Made by a program: the position numbers and the translations under genes. Source: Patescibacteria group bacterium (GTDB lineage: Bacteria; Patescibacteriota; Patescibacteriia; UBA10025; JAHIVO01). Taken from it: 64,000 nt of DNA. Shown piece after piece: positions 1-10,223 of this stretch. The notes beneath the pieces are model-generated. The model ran no database searches. It had not been told where the DNA came from and saw only the letters and a program-made list of their open reading frames with translations. How positions within the stretch are numbered: the first letter of the stretch is position 1; each line of letters opens with the position of its first letter. The DNA is taken from assembly GCA_041660605.1 (NCBI GenBank), contig JBAZWB010000001.1, positions 686,503 to 750,502 on the forward strand, read 5' to 3'.

Positions 1-352
1 ATTCTTTGGTCTCTTCGGGATCCAAAAATACAGAGTATGGATCCTGCAGACTGGCCACCATGCCTTTTAATGCTCCATAAAATAATATTTTGTCGTCAAC
101 CGGCTTATTAACGTATTTTTGCGATACAGTAGTCCAGACTTTCGAAAACAAGCTAGCGTCGGTATCAGTGCCTTTGAGAAACGTATTAGCCTGATTAAAG
201 AGATTGACAATAGATACATTATTTTGGTTGTTGACGCTTTGCCAAACGCCAAAATAAAATCCGGAAAAAAAGCAGATAATGATTATAAAAATCCCGATAC
301 TGAATATAGCTACTTTTGAGCCAATTTTCAAATTTGATTTCTTGATTTCCAT
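1..352 (-). CDS. C-terminal processing (tail-specific, S41) peptidase, N-terminal part; the CDS starts in the window at 352 and runs off the left edge
   Basis: Manual minus-strand translation gives MEIKKSNLKIGSKVAIFSIGIFIIII... (N-terminal TM anchor) followed by VWTTVSQKYVNKPVDDKILFYGALKGMVASLQDPYSVFLDPEETKEF, which resembles the CtpA/Prc N-terminal region. Not in the ORF track because it is truncated by the window edge. Confidence 0.5.
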   Translation of the reverse strand, partial: MEIKKSNLKIGSKVAIFSIGIFIIIICFFSGFYFGVWQSVNNQNNVSIVNLFNQANTFLKGTDTDASLFSKVWTTVSQKYVNKPVDDKILFYGALKGMVASLQDPYSVFLDPEETKE

Positions 353-354
353 AA

Positions 355-1608
355 TTATATCCTTTTTATGTTTGCTCCTAAGGAAGATAATCTTTGTTCT
401 ATTTTTTCGTAACCACGGTCAATAAGCTCCACTTTATCAATTACGCTTTGACCCTGAGCTATAATCGCTGCGATCAGTAAAGTTGCACCGGCGCGTATAT
501 CGAAAGAAGTAATTTCTTTGCCATATAAAGGCGTTGGCCCTGATATTATGGCATTGTTGTTATCGATAATATCGATGTTCGCTCCCATTTTTTTCAATTC
601 ACGGCAATATCCCAGCCGTCCGTCATACATTGTTTCAAAAATTTTACTGGTGCCGTTTGCCTGCGTTAATAAAACTGAAAAAGGCGCCTGTAAATCCGTG
701 GGGAACCCCGGATGCGGCCGGGTATCAATCTGAATCGGGCTGAATATAGTAGTCGGTTTTATATGCAATACTGATTCGCCCTCTATTTCAAAATTGACAT
801 TCGCTTTGGTTAATTTCTGCAAGACAATATCCAGATGATCGGGAATAACATTTTTTATCCTGACGTCGCCGCGACTGACAGCCGCCGCCACAGCAAACGT
901 ACCTGCCTCAATTCTGTCCGGAATCACCGTATGTTTCGCTCCATTCAATTTGCTGACGCCTGTTACTTTTATGATTGAAGTGCCAGCTCCCACGATTTTC
1001 GCCCCCATCTCATTCAGCAAATCTGCTAAATCGACAATTTCCGGTTCAGAAGCAGCCAGATGGATTTCCGTTTTACCGCTAGCCAAAACTGAGGCCATTA
1101 AAACGTTTTCTGTGGCAGTAACGCTCATTTCATCCAAAATTACTTTACCGCCTGTAAGCTTTTTTGTTCTAAAATAATAATAATCCTTATCCTCGTTAAA
1201 TTCCACATTCAACTGCTTCAAAGCGTTGATATGCGTATTGATTGGCCTGGCACCGATCAAACATCCGCCTGGCTGAGGTATTTTCACTGCTCCGAAGCGT
1301 GCCAACAGAGGGCCGATAATCATTACCGAAGCGCGCATATGCTTGATCAATTGATAATCTGGATCGATATTTTTTACTGTCGCGCAATTTATGCAAAAAT
1401 TGTGGTTATGGAAATCAACTTCGGCGCCTAATTTTTCCAGAATGCTTATCATAGTGCGAACGTCATTAATATCAGGAACGTTAGCTAGGCATACTTCCTT
1501 ATCTGTCATTAAGGACGCGGCAATTAATTTTAAAGCTGAATTTTTAGCTCCGCTTACGGTAATCTCACCTTCTAATGACTTACCACCTTGTATGATAAAT
1601 TTGGACAT
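355..1608 (-). CDS. murA: UDP-N-acetylglucosamine 1-carboxyvinyltransferase
   Basis: 417 aa. Full-length MurA/EPSP-synthase-fold signature: N-terminus MSKFIIQGGKSLEGEITVSGAKNSALKLIAASL, and the active-site cysteine-loop region is present. Confidence 0.9.
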   Translation of the reverse strand: MSKFIIQGGKSLEGEITVSGAKNSALKLIAASLMTDKEVCLANVPDINDVRTMISILEKLGAEVDFHNHNFCINCATVKNIDPDYQLIKHMRASVMIIGPLLARFGAVKIPQPGGCLIGARPINTHINALKQLNVEFNEDKDYYYFRTKKLTGGKVILDEMSVTATENVLMASVLASGKTEIHLAASEPEIVDLADLLNEMGAKIVGAGTSIIKVTGVSKLNGAKHTVIPDRIEAGTFAVAAAVSRGDVRIKNVIPDHLDIVLQKLTKANVNFEIEGESVLHIKPTTIFSPIQIDTRPHPGFPTDLQAPFSVLLTQANGTSKIFETMYDGRLGYCRELKKMGANIDIIDNNNAIISGPTPLYGKEITSFDIRAGATLLIAAIIAQGQSVIDKVELIDRGYEKIEQRLSSLGANIKRI

Positions 1609-1717
1609 TTATTCGATAAATAGGGATTAAATTAAACGATTGAATATTTCAATGACTTAATTATATCAGAACAAGGTCAGTTAGCAACCTTGAAAAAAAA
1701 TTCTTCTAATATATAAT

Positions 1718-3013
1718 ATGCTTATTATGAATATTTGGCAAAGAAGACTTTTTTTTCTGGCAATTATAGCAATTTTTATGATTATTACGCCAATTTTAGC
1801 GTTCTATGTGGCAGGTTGGCGTATTAACCGGCAAGAAAAGAGCATTTACCGTGTCGGAACACTGGAAATAGTTACTAAGCCTGCCGCAGCGCAGATTTAT
1901 ATTGATGATAATCAATACAACAAAACATCACCAGTGGACATTATCAATCTCTCGCCGGGAGATTATACGGTAAAAATAACAAAAGACGGTTACTTTGATT
2001 GGATACGTAAAATAACAATAAGCTCAGCACAGGTGACCGACTTGTCTGATATTTTTTTGGTAAAAAAAATTATTGACCCAAAACCATTGCTTGGTAATTC
2101 ATTTTCGATCATCCAGTACAACTCGGATTATTCTCAAGCCTTGGGTTATGCCGACAAAATATTAAATTTAGTTAACTTTAAAAAAGGAAATGTAGAAAAA
2201 AAGGTCAACTTTGATCATGATCTTAAAAAAATCGTTTGGTCGCCAAATTCTGATCAGGCCATCCTGCAAACTACTGATAACAGTTTTTTTATTTTAAATA
2301 TTTCCGATTTCAAAATTCGAGATTTGTCAGAATTTTTAAATGAGAAAATACTAGAATTATTCTGGAGTAATCCGGAACACGACATCGTATATGCCATTTC
2401 AGATACGGGAAATTATAGGATTAATCTTTTTCAAAATACGAAAAATTTGGAAAATAATCTGGACAATGTAATTTTCTTTAATTCACAGTTTACGATTCAA
2501 AAAAAATACGACAGCCTAATTTTTTCCAAGGCAAATACCGGTGAACAAAATGCCTTTAAAATCCAGGCAGACAGTAAATTTACAATTTTTGAACAGCGTG
2601 ATAATACTTTACCTCTACTGGATACTGCAAATCAAAAGCTTTTTTTCTATGATTTCGCCAAAAACAACTTCAGTGAATTCAGTATTAAAGTAGCTGGCTT
2701 GCAATGGCCTGCAAACAATGATGAGATATTGTTCTACAATAATAACGAAATATGGCAATGGAATCTGAAAACCGATGAACGATCCCTGCTGACTCGTACT
2801 TCTGATCTCATAACTTATGCAACTTTTATTTTGAATACAAAATACGTGCTATATTTCGTTTCGCCCGATAAAATGTACATAACGGAGATTTCCGGTCCTC
2901 AAAAAAATTCCTACGAACTTAATTTATTGGATATCAATCAAATAAATTATTTTGATAATAACAGCCTTCTGTTTATTTTAGCGAATAGTTTACTGTATAA
3001 AATTCAGCTTTAA
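1718..3013 (+). CDS. N-terminally membrane-anchored protein with a PEGA-like domain and a probable beta-propeller (TolB/WD40-like) C-terminal region
   Basis: 431 aa. TM helix at residues ~10-32. PEGA-like segment GTLEIVTKPAAAQIYIDDNQYNKTSPVDIINLSPGDYTVKITKDGYF. Repeated ~40-aa stretches rich in W/Y/N follow. Confidence 0.45.
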   Translation: MLIMNIWQRRLFFLAIIAIFMIITPILAFYVAGWRINRQEKSIYRVGTLEIVTKPAAAQIYIDDNQYNKTSPVDIINLSPGDYTVKITKDGYFDWIRKITISSAQVTDLSDIFLVKKIIDPKPLLGNSFSIIQYNSDYSQALGYADKILNLVNFKKGNVEKKVNFDHDLKKIVWSPNSDQAILQTTDNSFFILNISDFKIRDLSEFLNEKILELFWSNPEHDIVYAISDTGNYRINLFQNTKNLENNLDNVIFFNSQFTIQKKYDSLIFSKANTGEQNAFKIQADSKFTIFEQRDNTLPLLDTANQKLFFYDFAKNNFSEFSIKVAGLQWPANNDEILFYNNNEIWQWNLKTDERSLLTRTSDLITYATFILNTKYVLYFVSPDKMYITEISGPQKNSYELNLLDINQINYFDNNSLLFILANSLLYKIQL

Positions 3014-3134
3014 TAAAACAAACTTGATTCGGCTATAAACCGTATTTTGATAATTTTTTGTATTTTAAAAATAATCAACCCACGCTTTGGCACAGTCTGA
3101 TAATAATTATCCGGCGTTCTCCCTTTTTCAGTAA

Positions 3135-3866
3135 TTATTCTTCCAATGGCTTGCTTAATCTGTCGTGCTTGGATATAAACAGATTTGCTTCCAGTAACGA
3201 ATTAAATGTACCGGCATCAAACCAGGCGCCCTTGATCTGCCTGACGTCCAATTCGCCAATTTCCAGATATCGATTATGCAAATCAGTAATTTCAATCTCA
3301 CCACGCCCGGAAGGTTTGACTTCCTTAGCAAACTGACACACGCGATTATCATACACATACAATCCTGGTATGGCAAAATCGCTAATCCATTCTTTTGGCT
3401 TTTCTACTATTTTAATAGCTTTGTTGTTTTCATCAAATTGCACTACGCCTGACCTTTCGGGATCAGAAACTTTTTTGGCAAAAATTCTCCCGCCTTTTTT
3501 AAAAGTACTTATTTCTTTGGATAAATCATCTTCAAATATATTATCGCCAAGAATCATGGTTACATTATCCTCATCCATGAAATCCTCCCCGATTATAAAC
3601 GCGTCTGCCAGTCCGCGCGGCTCTTCTTGAATTTCGTATGTAAACTTTACCCCCAGCTGCCTGCCAGAGCCGAGTAAATGCAAAAAATGACCAGCATAAT
3701 CCGGCGCTACAATAATTAAAATTTCCTTAATGCCCGCCGTCAGCAAAGTATTCAGAGGATAAAAAATCATCGGCTTATTGTAAATCGGCAGCAGCTGTTT
3801 GCTAGTTATTTTCGTCAAAGGCCTTAATCTGGTTGCCTTTCCCCCGGCTAAAATAATGCCTTTCAT
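3135..3866 (-). CDS. rmlA: glucose-1-phosphate thymidylyltransferase
   Basis: 243 aa, MKGIILAGGKATRLRPLTKITSKQLLPIYNKPMIFYPL. This is the canonical G-x-G-T-R-L nucleotidyltransferase motif of RmlA/RfbA. Confidence 0.85.
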   Translation of the reverse strand: MKGIILAGGKATRLRPLTKITSKQLLPIYNKPMIFYPLNTLLTAGIKEILIIVAPDYAGHFLHLLGSGRQLGVKFTYEIQEEPRGLADAFIIGEDFMDEDNVTMILGDNIFEDDLSKEISTFKKGGRIFAKKVSDPERSGVVQFDENNKAIKIVEKPKEWISDFAIPGLYVYDNRVCQFAKEVKPSGRGEIEITDLHNRYLEIGELDVRQIKGAWFDAGTFNSLLEANLFISKHDRLSKPLEE

Positions 3867-3916
3867 AGTAAAATTTTAATTGTAAATATATATAATATTT
3901 ATAAACTTAATTAAGA

Positions 3917-3946
3917 AAAAGAGGATCTACGAATTCATCCTCTTTT
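3917..3946 (-). terminator. rho-independent terminator hairpin; AAAAGAGGAT/ATCCTCTTTT stem with a 10-nt loop and a U-tract on the minus strand
   Basis: Perfect 10-bp inverted repeat read directly. On the minus strand it is followed by TTTTTCTTAA. It lies 90 nt downstream of the Zn-ribbon gene stop. Confidence 0.5.
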
Positions 3947-4034
3947 CAGCAAAAGTAACATTTTTGATGCCAATGTTCGATTTTGCTAGAAATAATCATT
4001 CTTCCCATTTCACGAAATCTCCTACATTATTCGG

Positions 4035-4247
4035 TTAATGACCGTGATTACAGCAATCAGGACACGCTAAATTTGCCTTGAAAGCAATGCCTTTTGGCCA
4101 GCAATCTGTGCATAAATCTCTGCCACATTCTGGACAGTGCCTTTTCGTAAAACGTGGATACGGCCACCCGCATTTGCCGCAATCAAACGTTTCGCTGTGC
4201 GTAGACGAAGATTTGTCTTCCGCAGTAACCACTTTCTGGCTTCTCAT
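4035..4247 (-). CDS. small cysteine-rich zinc-ribbon protein with four CxxC pairs
   Basis: 70 aa: ...CGKCGWPYPRFTKRHCPECGRDLCTDCWPKGIAFKANLACPDCCNHGH. CxxC x4 is typical of a double zinc ribbon. It is embedded in the rml operon. Confidence 0.5.
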   Translation of the reverse strand: MRSQKVVTAEDKSSSTHSETFDCGKCGWPYPRFTKRHCPECGRDLCTDCWPKGIAFKANLACPDCCNHGH

Positions 4248-4303
4248 ATTGGCTCCTATTTTGTTGCGATGAAATGATCTATATCCATCACAATTTTATG
4301 CAT

Positions 4304-4325
4304 AAAAAAAGGCTCTGTCAAGAGC
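4304..4325 (-). terminator. rho-independent terminator downstream of rmlC
   Basis: GCTCT-GTCA-AGAGC hairpin preceded by A7 on the plus strand, which is a U-tract after the hairpin on the minus strand. Confidence 0.4.
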
Positions 4326-4369
4326 ATTTATGCCCAGCCTGAATAAATGGCTGCGCTTAAATATTTTGT

Positions 4370-4921
4370 TTAAAAAGGCGACTTCAGATCATTAAAAAAA
4401 CCTAATTTCAAATCTTTTTGCGATAAGACAGGTTCTTGTATTGGCCAGGTTATTTTCAAAGTCGGGTCATTCCAGATAATTCCAGAATCATGCTTAGGTG
4501 AATAATAGCTGTCTACTTTATATAGAAATTCCGTACCCGCCTGAAGCGTGCAAAATGCATGAGCGAAGCCTTTTGGGATATAAAGCATTTTAAAATTTTT
4601 ATCAGTTAATTCGAAACTTTGCCAGACTCCGTACGTTTTTGATTTCTTTCTCAGATCTACGATCACGTCATAAACCGCACCGCTGGTTACTCTTACGAGT
4701 TTTGCCTGGGCAAAAGGCGGTTTCTGATAATGCAAACCCCGCAGCACTCCGGCAGATACGGATTTTGAATGATTATCCTGAACGAATTTTGCCTTTATAT
4801 TTTTTTCTTTGAACCATTTATCAATATATGATTCCAGAAAAAATCCACGCTTATCCTGATAAACGTCTGGTTCAATAATCCAGGCACCTTCAAATTTAGT
4901 TTTATTGAATTTCATTTGCAT
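4370..4921 (-). CDS. rmlC: dTDP-4-dehydrorhamnose 3,5-epimerase
   Basis: 183 aa cupin-fold protein. KFNKTKFEGAWIIEPDVYQDKRGFFLESY and YSPKHDSGIIWNDP match RmlC. Confidence 0.85.
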   Translation of the reverse strand: MQMKFNKTKFEGAWIIEPDVYQDKRGFFLESYIDKWFKEKNIKAKFVQDNHSKSVSAGVLRGLHYQKPPFAQAKLVRVTSGAVYDVIVDLRKKSKTYGVWQSFELTDKNFKMLYIPKGFAHAFCTLQAGTEFLYKVDSYYSPKHDSGIIWNDPTLKITWPIQEPVLSQKDLKLGFFNDLKSPF

Positions 4922-5753
4922 TCTTTAAATAATCTGCGAGCGCTTCTTGCCAGCTTCTTAAAGCTGGTAATTTATTATTTAATAAAATGGAGTATTTCGG
5001 CCGTTTTACCGGTCTTGGATAAAAATCAGCAGTAACTGGATTAATTTTAGCGGAAATACTTTTTTGTGCAAATATCTCCCTGGCAAAATCAAACCAGGTG
5101 CAGGCACTGGCGTTGGTTACATGGTAAATACCAAAAGGCTTTTTGCTGTCAAATATAAATTTTGTCTGCGCAGCCAAATCAGGCGCGTAAGTTGGACGGG
5201 ACAATTCCTCGTTAACAACATTAATTTCTTTATTAGCTTTTGCCAGGTCAAGCATCAGCTGAACAAAACTTTTTTTTCCAGTCTGACTACCGGCTGGCTG
5301 GCCGAATAACCGCGATAACCGTATTAAATAAAAATTATGGCAATTATTCTGCAGTTCAATTTCACCCAGAAATTTAGAGCTAGCATAGACTGATTGCGGG
5401 TTTGGCTTGTCTTCTTCGTTGTACCCGTTTTTAACATCGCCTTTGAAGACATAATCAGTGCTGTAATGCACGAGGATGCCCTGTACGGCGGTTATTGCCC
5501 TGGCTAAGTAACCAATGGCGTACCCATTGATATCATTGGCAATTTGACGATTTTTTTCCGCTCCGTCAACGTCATTAAAAGCAGCGGCGTTAATTACTAA
5601 GTCTGGCCTAGTTTCTCCGATCATTTTCTGAACATTTTTTTCATTGGCAATATCAACATTTTCCCTGTCCCACAGGATAGGATTACTGCCAGCGAACGTT
5701 TTTGCTAATTCCTGGCCGAGCATGCCTTTTGCGCCGATAATGACTATTTTCAT
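4902..5753 (-). CDS. rmlD: dTDP-4-dehydrorhamnose reductase
   Basis: 283 aa. MKIVIIGAKGMLGQEL Rossmann N-terminus and YASSKFLGE (the SDR Y-x3-K) match the RmlD family. Overlaps rmlC by 20 nt. Confidence 0.85.
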   Translation of the reverse strand: MKIVIIGAKGMLGQELAKTFAGSNPILWDRENVDIANEKNVQKMIGETRPDLVINAAAFNDVDGAEKNRQIANDINGYAIGYLARAITAVQGILVHYSTDYVFKGDVKNGYNEEDKPNPQSVYASSKFLGEIELQNNCHNFYLIRLSRLFGQPAGSQTGKKSFVQLMLDLAKANKEINVVNEELSRPTYAPDLAAQTKFIFDSKKPFGIYHVTNASACTWFDFAREIFAQKSISAKINPVTADFYPRPVKRPKYSILLNNKLPALRSWQEALADYLKNANEIQ

Positions 5754-6343
5754 GATATTTTATTTGCCGTTATTTTTTTGATAAAATTGTGGATATTATT
5801 CATGCGCTCATCCGCTCCCGAATAAATGCTAAATCGCTTATATGCTTTGCTAAATGGCCCGATCACCGGGCCAACCCCCTTTTTAAAATCCGTCCGGCAG
5901 TCGCTGTAAGCGATTATTTTTTCTTCAATCGTCAGTGGAAAAAAATCTTTGGCGATAAACTTATATTTTTTGTTAGTTTCTTTATCCAGTCCCGAACCGC
6001 CGGCATGGCAAATGCAGATCCTCGCCAGTTCCGGATATCTCCTTTTTTTCATTTCATGATAACCTTCATACAAATGAAAAATTGGATGCTTTAACTCTTT
6101 TGAAGCTTTGCTGCCGGTTTTCATTCTCCCAATATCGTGAACATAACAGCCAGTTTTAAGTAATTCTAAATCAACCGTATAGCCGTTTGCTTTTGCATAC
6201 TTAGCAATTTGATAGGCAAAATCCCATACTATTTTTGAATGCCTCCAAGTATCTTCGACCTGATTGGAAATTTTATTGGCAGCAGCAATTTCAAACATCC
6301 ATTTTTTTATTTTTTTCAGTGGCGGCAGACTATCTTTTTTCAT
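5750..6343 (-). CDS. HD-domain metal-dependent phosphohydrolase
   Basis: 197 aa. H...HD signature (RHSKIV ... CYVHDIGR) and downstream HPIFHLYEGYHEMKK metal-ligand histidines. Confidence 0.6.
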   Translation of the reverse strand: MKKDSLPPLKKIKKWMFEIAAANKISNQVEDTWRHSKIVWDFAYQIAKYAKANGYTVDLELLKTGCYVHDIGRMKTGSKASKELKHPIFHLYEGYHEMKKRRYPELARICICHAGGSGLDKETNKKYKFIAKDFFPLTIEEKIIAYSDCRTDFKKGVGPVIGPFSKAYKRFSIYSGADERMNNIHNFIKKITANKIS

Positions 6344-6351
6344 AATAAAAT

Positions 6352-7464
6352 TTATCTAATTTCATATTGCCGGCGGTAGTATTCCTTGAATTCTCCAGAT
6401 TTTATAGGCTTCCACCACCACTCGTTCGCTATAAACCAATCAATCGTCTTTTTCAGATATTCATCTAGTTCAAATAAAGGTTCATACCCAAGTTCGCGTT
6501 TCGCCTTTGACCAATCTATTGCATAGCGCCGATCATGGCCTGGCCGATCTTTTACGTATTCGAGCGAATCCTCTCCTTTGTCCATAATTTTTAGAACCCG
6601 CCTGATTAGTTCCAAATTATTAACGTCTTCATGCATAGCGCCAATGCAATACGTCTCTCCGATCTTGCCTTTTTTTAAGATCAGATCAATTGCCCGACAA
6701 TGGTCATCCACATACAGCCAATCACGCACGTATTTTCCATCGCCGTAAATTGGTACTTTTTTACCTTCAATCAGATTGGTGATGGCCAGCGGTAGCAGTT
6801 TTTCTGGATAGATATAAGGACCAAAATTATTAGAGGTATTTGAAATTGTAACTGGCAGGCCGTAACTAATGTAATATGCATTAACAAGGTGGTCAGCTGC
6901 TGCTTTAGAGGCGGAATATGGGCTGCGCGGGTTATATTTCGTGTTTTCATTAAATTTATTCGGGTCATCAAGCGCCAGTGCACCAAATACCTCATCCGTT
7001 GAAATTAAATGAAATCTTTTATTTTTATAATTGATCGGCTTCCAGGCTTTTACTGCTGCTTCCAGCATGATATGGGTGCCCCAGGTATTTGTTAATATGA
7101 AATCATAGGCATCTGGCCTGTCTGGTCCGGCAAAAAGCACTGAGCGATCAACGTGCGATTCTGCAGCGAAATGCACGACAATATCCGATTCGCGCATCCA
7201 TTCTTTTAGCTGAATAAATTTTTTACGATCAAAGCGACCGTACTCTTCTTCATGCTTTGCCGATTTATATTCAATCGGGCAGGTGATATCAAATTTTTCA
7301 AAATGATAATTGGGTTTTTTTACTATATCCTTCAAATTCTCAAGGTTTCCGCAATAAGTTAATTTGTCCAAATTTAAAATTTCATCTTGCGGATATTTCT
7401 TCATCCAGTAATGAATGAAATTCGAGCCGATGAAGCCGGCACCGCCAGTGACTAATAGTTTCAT
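6352..7464 (-). CDS. rmlB: dTDP-glucose 4,6-dehydratase
   Basis: 370 aa. MKLLVTGGAGFIGSNFIHYW..., YSASKAAADHLV (catalytic YxxxK) and SNNFGPYIYPEKLLPL are characteristic of RmlB. Confidence 0.88.
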   Translation of the reverse strand: MKLLVTGGAGFIGSNFIHYWMKKYPQDEILNLDKLTYCGNLENLKDIVKKPNYHFEKFDITCPIEYKSAKHEEEYGRFDRKKFIQLKEWMRESDIVVHFAAESHVDRSVLFAGPDRPDAYDFILTNTWGTHIMLEAAVKAWKPINYKNKRFHLISTDEVFGALALDDPNKFNENTKYNPRSPYSASKAAADHLVNAYYISYGLPVTISNTSNNFGPYIYPEKLLPLAITNLIEGKKVPIYGDGKYVRDWLYVDDHCRAIDLILKKGKIGETYCIGAMHEDVNNLELIRRVLKIMDKGEDSLEYVKDRPGHDRRYAIDWSKAKRELGYEPLFELDEYLKKTIDWFIANEWWWKPIKSGEFKEYYRRQYEIR

Positions 7465-8012
7465 AATTGTTTTTTTAAATAATCTTTAGCCCTTAAAATT
7501 GCAGCAATAGATATGGCATCATTGATCCTGCCATCTATGCACCACCTATATGCCTTAATTAAAGGCAATTTCAGCACTTCCTGCAACTCCACTCCTTCCG
7601 GTTGCGGTTTGCCGATTTTTATATCCGTAGCCAGGAAAAGATGAGCGAATTCATTTATGATCCCAGGCGAGGTATTGACGTATCCTAATAATTTCCATTT
7701 TTTTGCAGTTACGCCCGCTTCTTCGCGTAATTCCTTTTTCGCCGTAAAAAGCGGCGTCTCCCCTTTTTCACAGGCACCGCGCGGTATCTCCGTAGTGACC
7801 ATTTCCAGGGGATAACGATATTCTCTGATCAAAAATATTTCCCCTTTCTTTGATAACGCCACCACTCCCACAGAATTTCCTTTTGGCCCCAAACCCACCA
7901 GGCCATAAATTCCTCTCTTTTTATCCGGTGTAATCACTTGATCCTCAACTACGCTAATCCAGGAATTCTTGTATATTCGCTTTGAGGAAATTTTTTTCCA
8001 GGGGTTTTTCAT
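7461..8012 (-). CDS. NUDIX hydrolase (ADP-ribose/nucleotide-sugar pyrophosphatase-like)
   Basis: 183 aa. The Nudix box is present: GACEKGETPLFTAKKELREEAGV (G-x5-E-x7-[RK]E-x2-EE-x-G-U). Confidence 0.8.
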   Translation of the reverse strand: MKNPWKKISSKRIYKNSWISVVEDQVITPDKKRGIYGLVGLGPKGNSVGVVALSKKGEIFLIREYRYPLEMVTTEIPRGACEKGETPLFTAKKELREEAGVTAKKWKLLGYVNTSPGIINEFAHLFLATDIKIGKPQPEGVELQEVLKLPLIKAYRWCIDGRINDAISIAAILRAKDYLKKQL

Positions 8013-8016
8013 TATC

Positions 8017-8454
8017 CTAAATGATAAATTCGTATGTTTTCCCGTAGATATCCTGTTTGTTTGTCAAAACCAGCAATGGCTGAAATTTCTTCGTATTATT
8101 TTTTATGGCATGCGGTACCAATGGAGGAATATAATAGATTTTGTAAAAATCTTTAGGGCCCAGCGACATTTTTACTTTAACTGTTTTTTTACCTTTGACA
8201 TCGCGTAATAAAAGCAATAACTCGCCCATGGGACAAAAAAATTCCTTTTTATCGCGATGATAATGATTCCCGGCCGTATCTCCCGGGCCAATGTGGTTGA
8301 GATAAGCAAAATTCGGTCTAAAGGCTTTTTTGCTTTCAGAAATATTCGGCCAGCAGTGCGACAGCCAGCGGTTGCCTTTGGAAGTCCGCCGTCCCTTGAT
8401 AATTTCCCAGTACAGTTTGTGTTTTATTACCCTAGAATAATTTTCATCAACCAT
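8017..8454 (-). CDS. small cupin-fold protein (possible WbuC-like)
   Basis: 145 aa. GNHYHRDKKEFFCPMGEL resembles the cupin motif-1 G-x5-H-x-H-x3,4-E. Confidence 0.4.
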   Translation of the reverse strand: MVDENYSRVIKHKLYWEIIKGRRTSKGNRWLSHCWPNISESKKAFRPNFAYLNHIGPGDTAGNHYHRDKKEFFCPMGELLLLLRDVKGKKTVKVKMSLGPKDFYKIYYIPPLVPHAIKNNTKKFQPLLVLTNKQDIYGKTYEFII

Positions 8455-8510
8455 GAAAATTTATAATAAATTTAAGAATTATAAATTAAGCATTATACAT
8501 TTTACATTAA

Positions 8511-9788
<1,278 letters not shown>

Positions 9789-10223
9789 TTAATTGTTGTT
9801 TAAATTATTATTTTCGTCGCTTAAATCATTTTTCGACAAAACGATTATTATCAAATAAGTGAATAGACCAGAGGCTATGGAGACGATATAAGACATTTTG
9901 CCAATGTCTTTTGTCAGCCAATACACAATAAGACCGGAGACAATCGCGGGCAGTAAAAAAATTGCATAATTAATTTTTTTGAAACCACTGGTACTTTCAA
10001 GATGATTTTCTTTTTCGAAGAATAGTGTTACAGCTCCGGAAATGAGAGAAATATATATGAAAATATTTATATTTATAAAATTTGAAACGAAACCAGGGGC
10101 CATCAGGTCCATGGCATAAAATATCAAAAAACCTAGGAAGGAAACTTTGAATATTTCTTTGATGCTCCCAGTTATTAAATTTAAAATGTCTTTTCTGTCG
10201 CTTTGTGCCATTATTTTATCCAT
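9789..10223 (-). CDS. small integral membrane protein (3-4 TM)
   Basis: 144 aa with hydrophobic helices. No recognisable motif. Confidence 0.45.
   Translation of the reverse strand: MDKIMAQSDRKDILNLITGSIKEIFKVSFLGFLIFYAMDLMAPGFVSNFININIFIYISLISGAVTLFFEKENHLESTSGFKKINYAIFLLPAIVSGLIVYWLTKDIGKMSYIVSIASGLFTYLIIIVLSKNDLSDENNNLNNN

Noticed and set aside
67-319. Track ORFs 67..252(-) and 119..319(+)
   Set aside because: The region is fully explained by the N-terminus of the window-truncated S41 peptidase gene on the minus strand, in another frame.
1196-1630. Several 66-79-aa ORFs antisense or out of frame within murA (and similar nested ORFs inside lepA, murJ, ahcY and the GT genes)
   Set aside because: Nested inside strongly supported conserved genes, and they have no family signatures.
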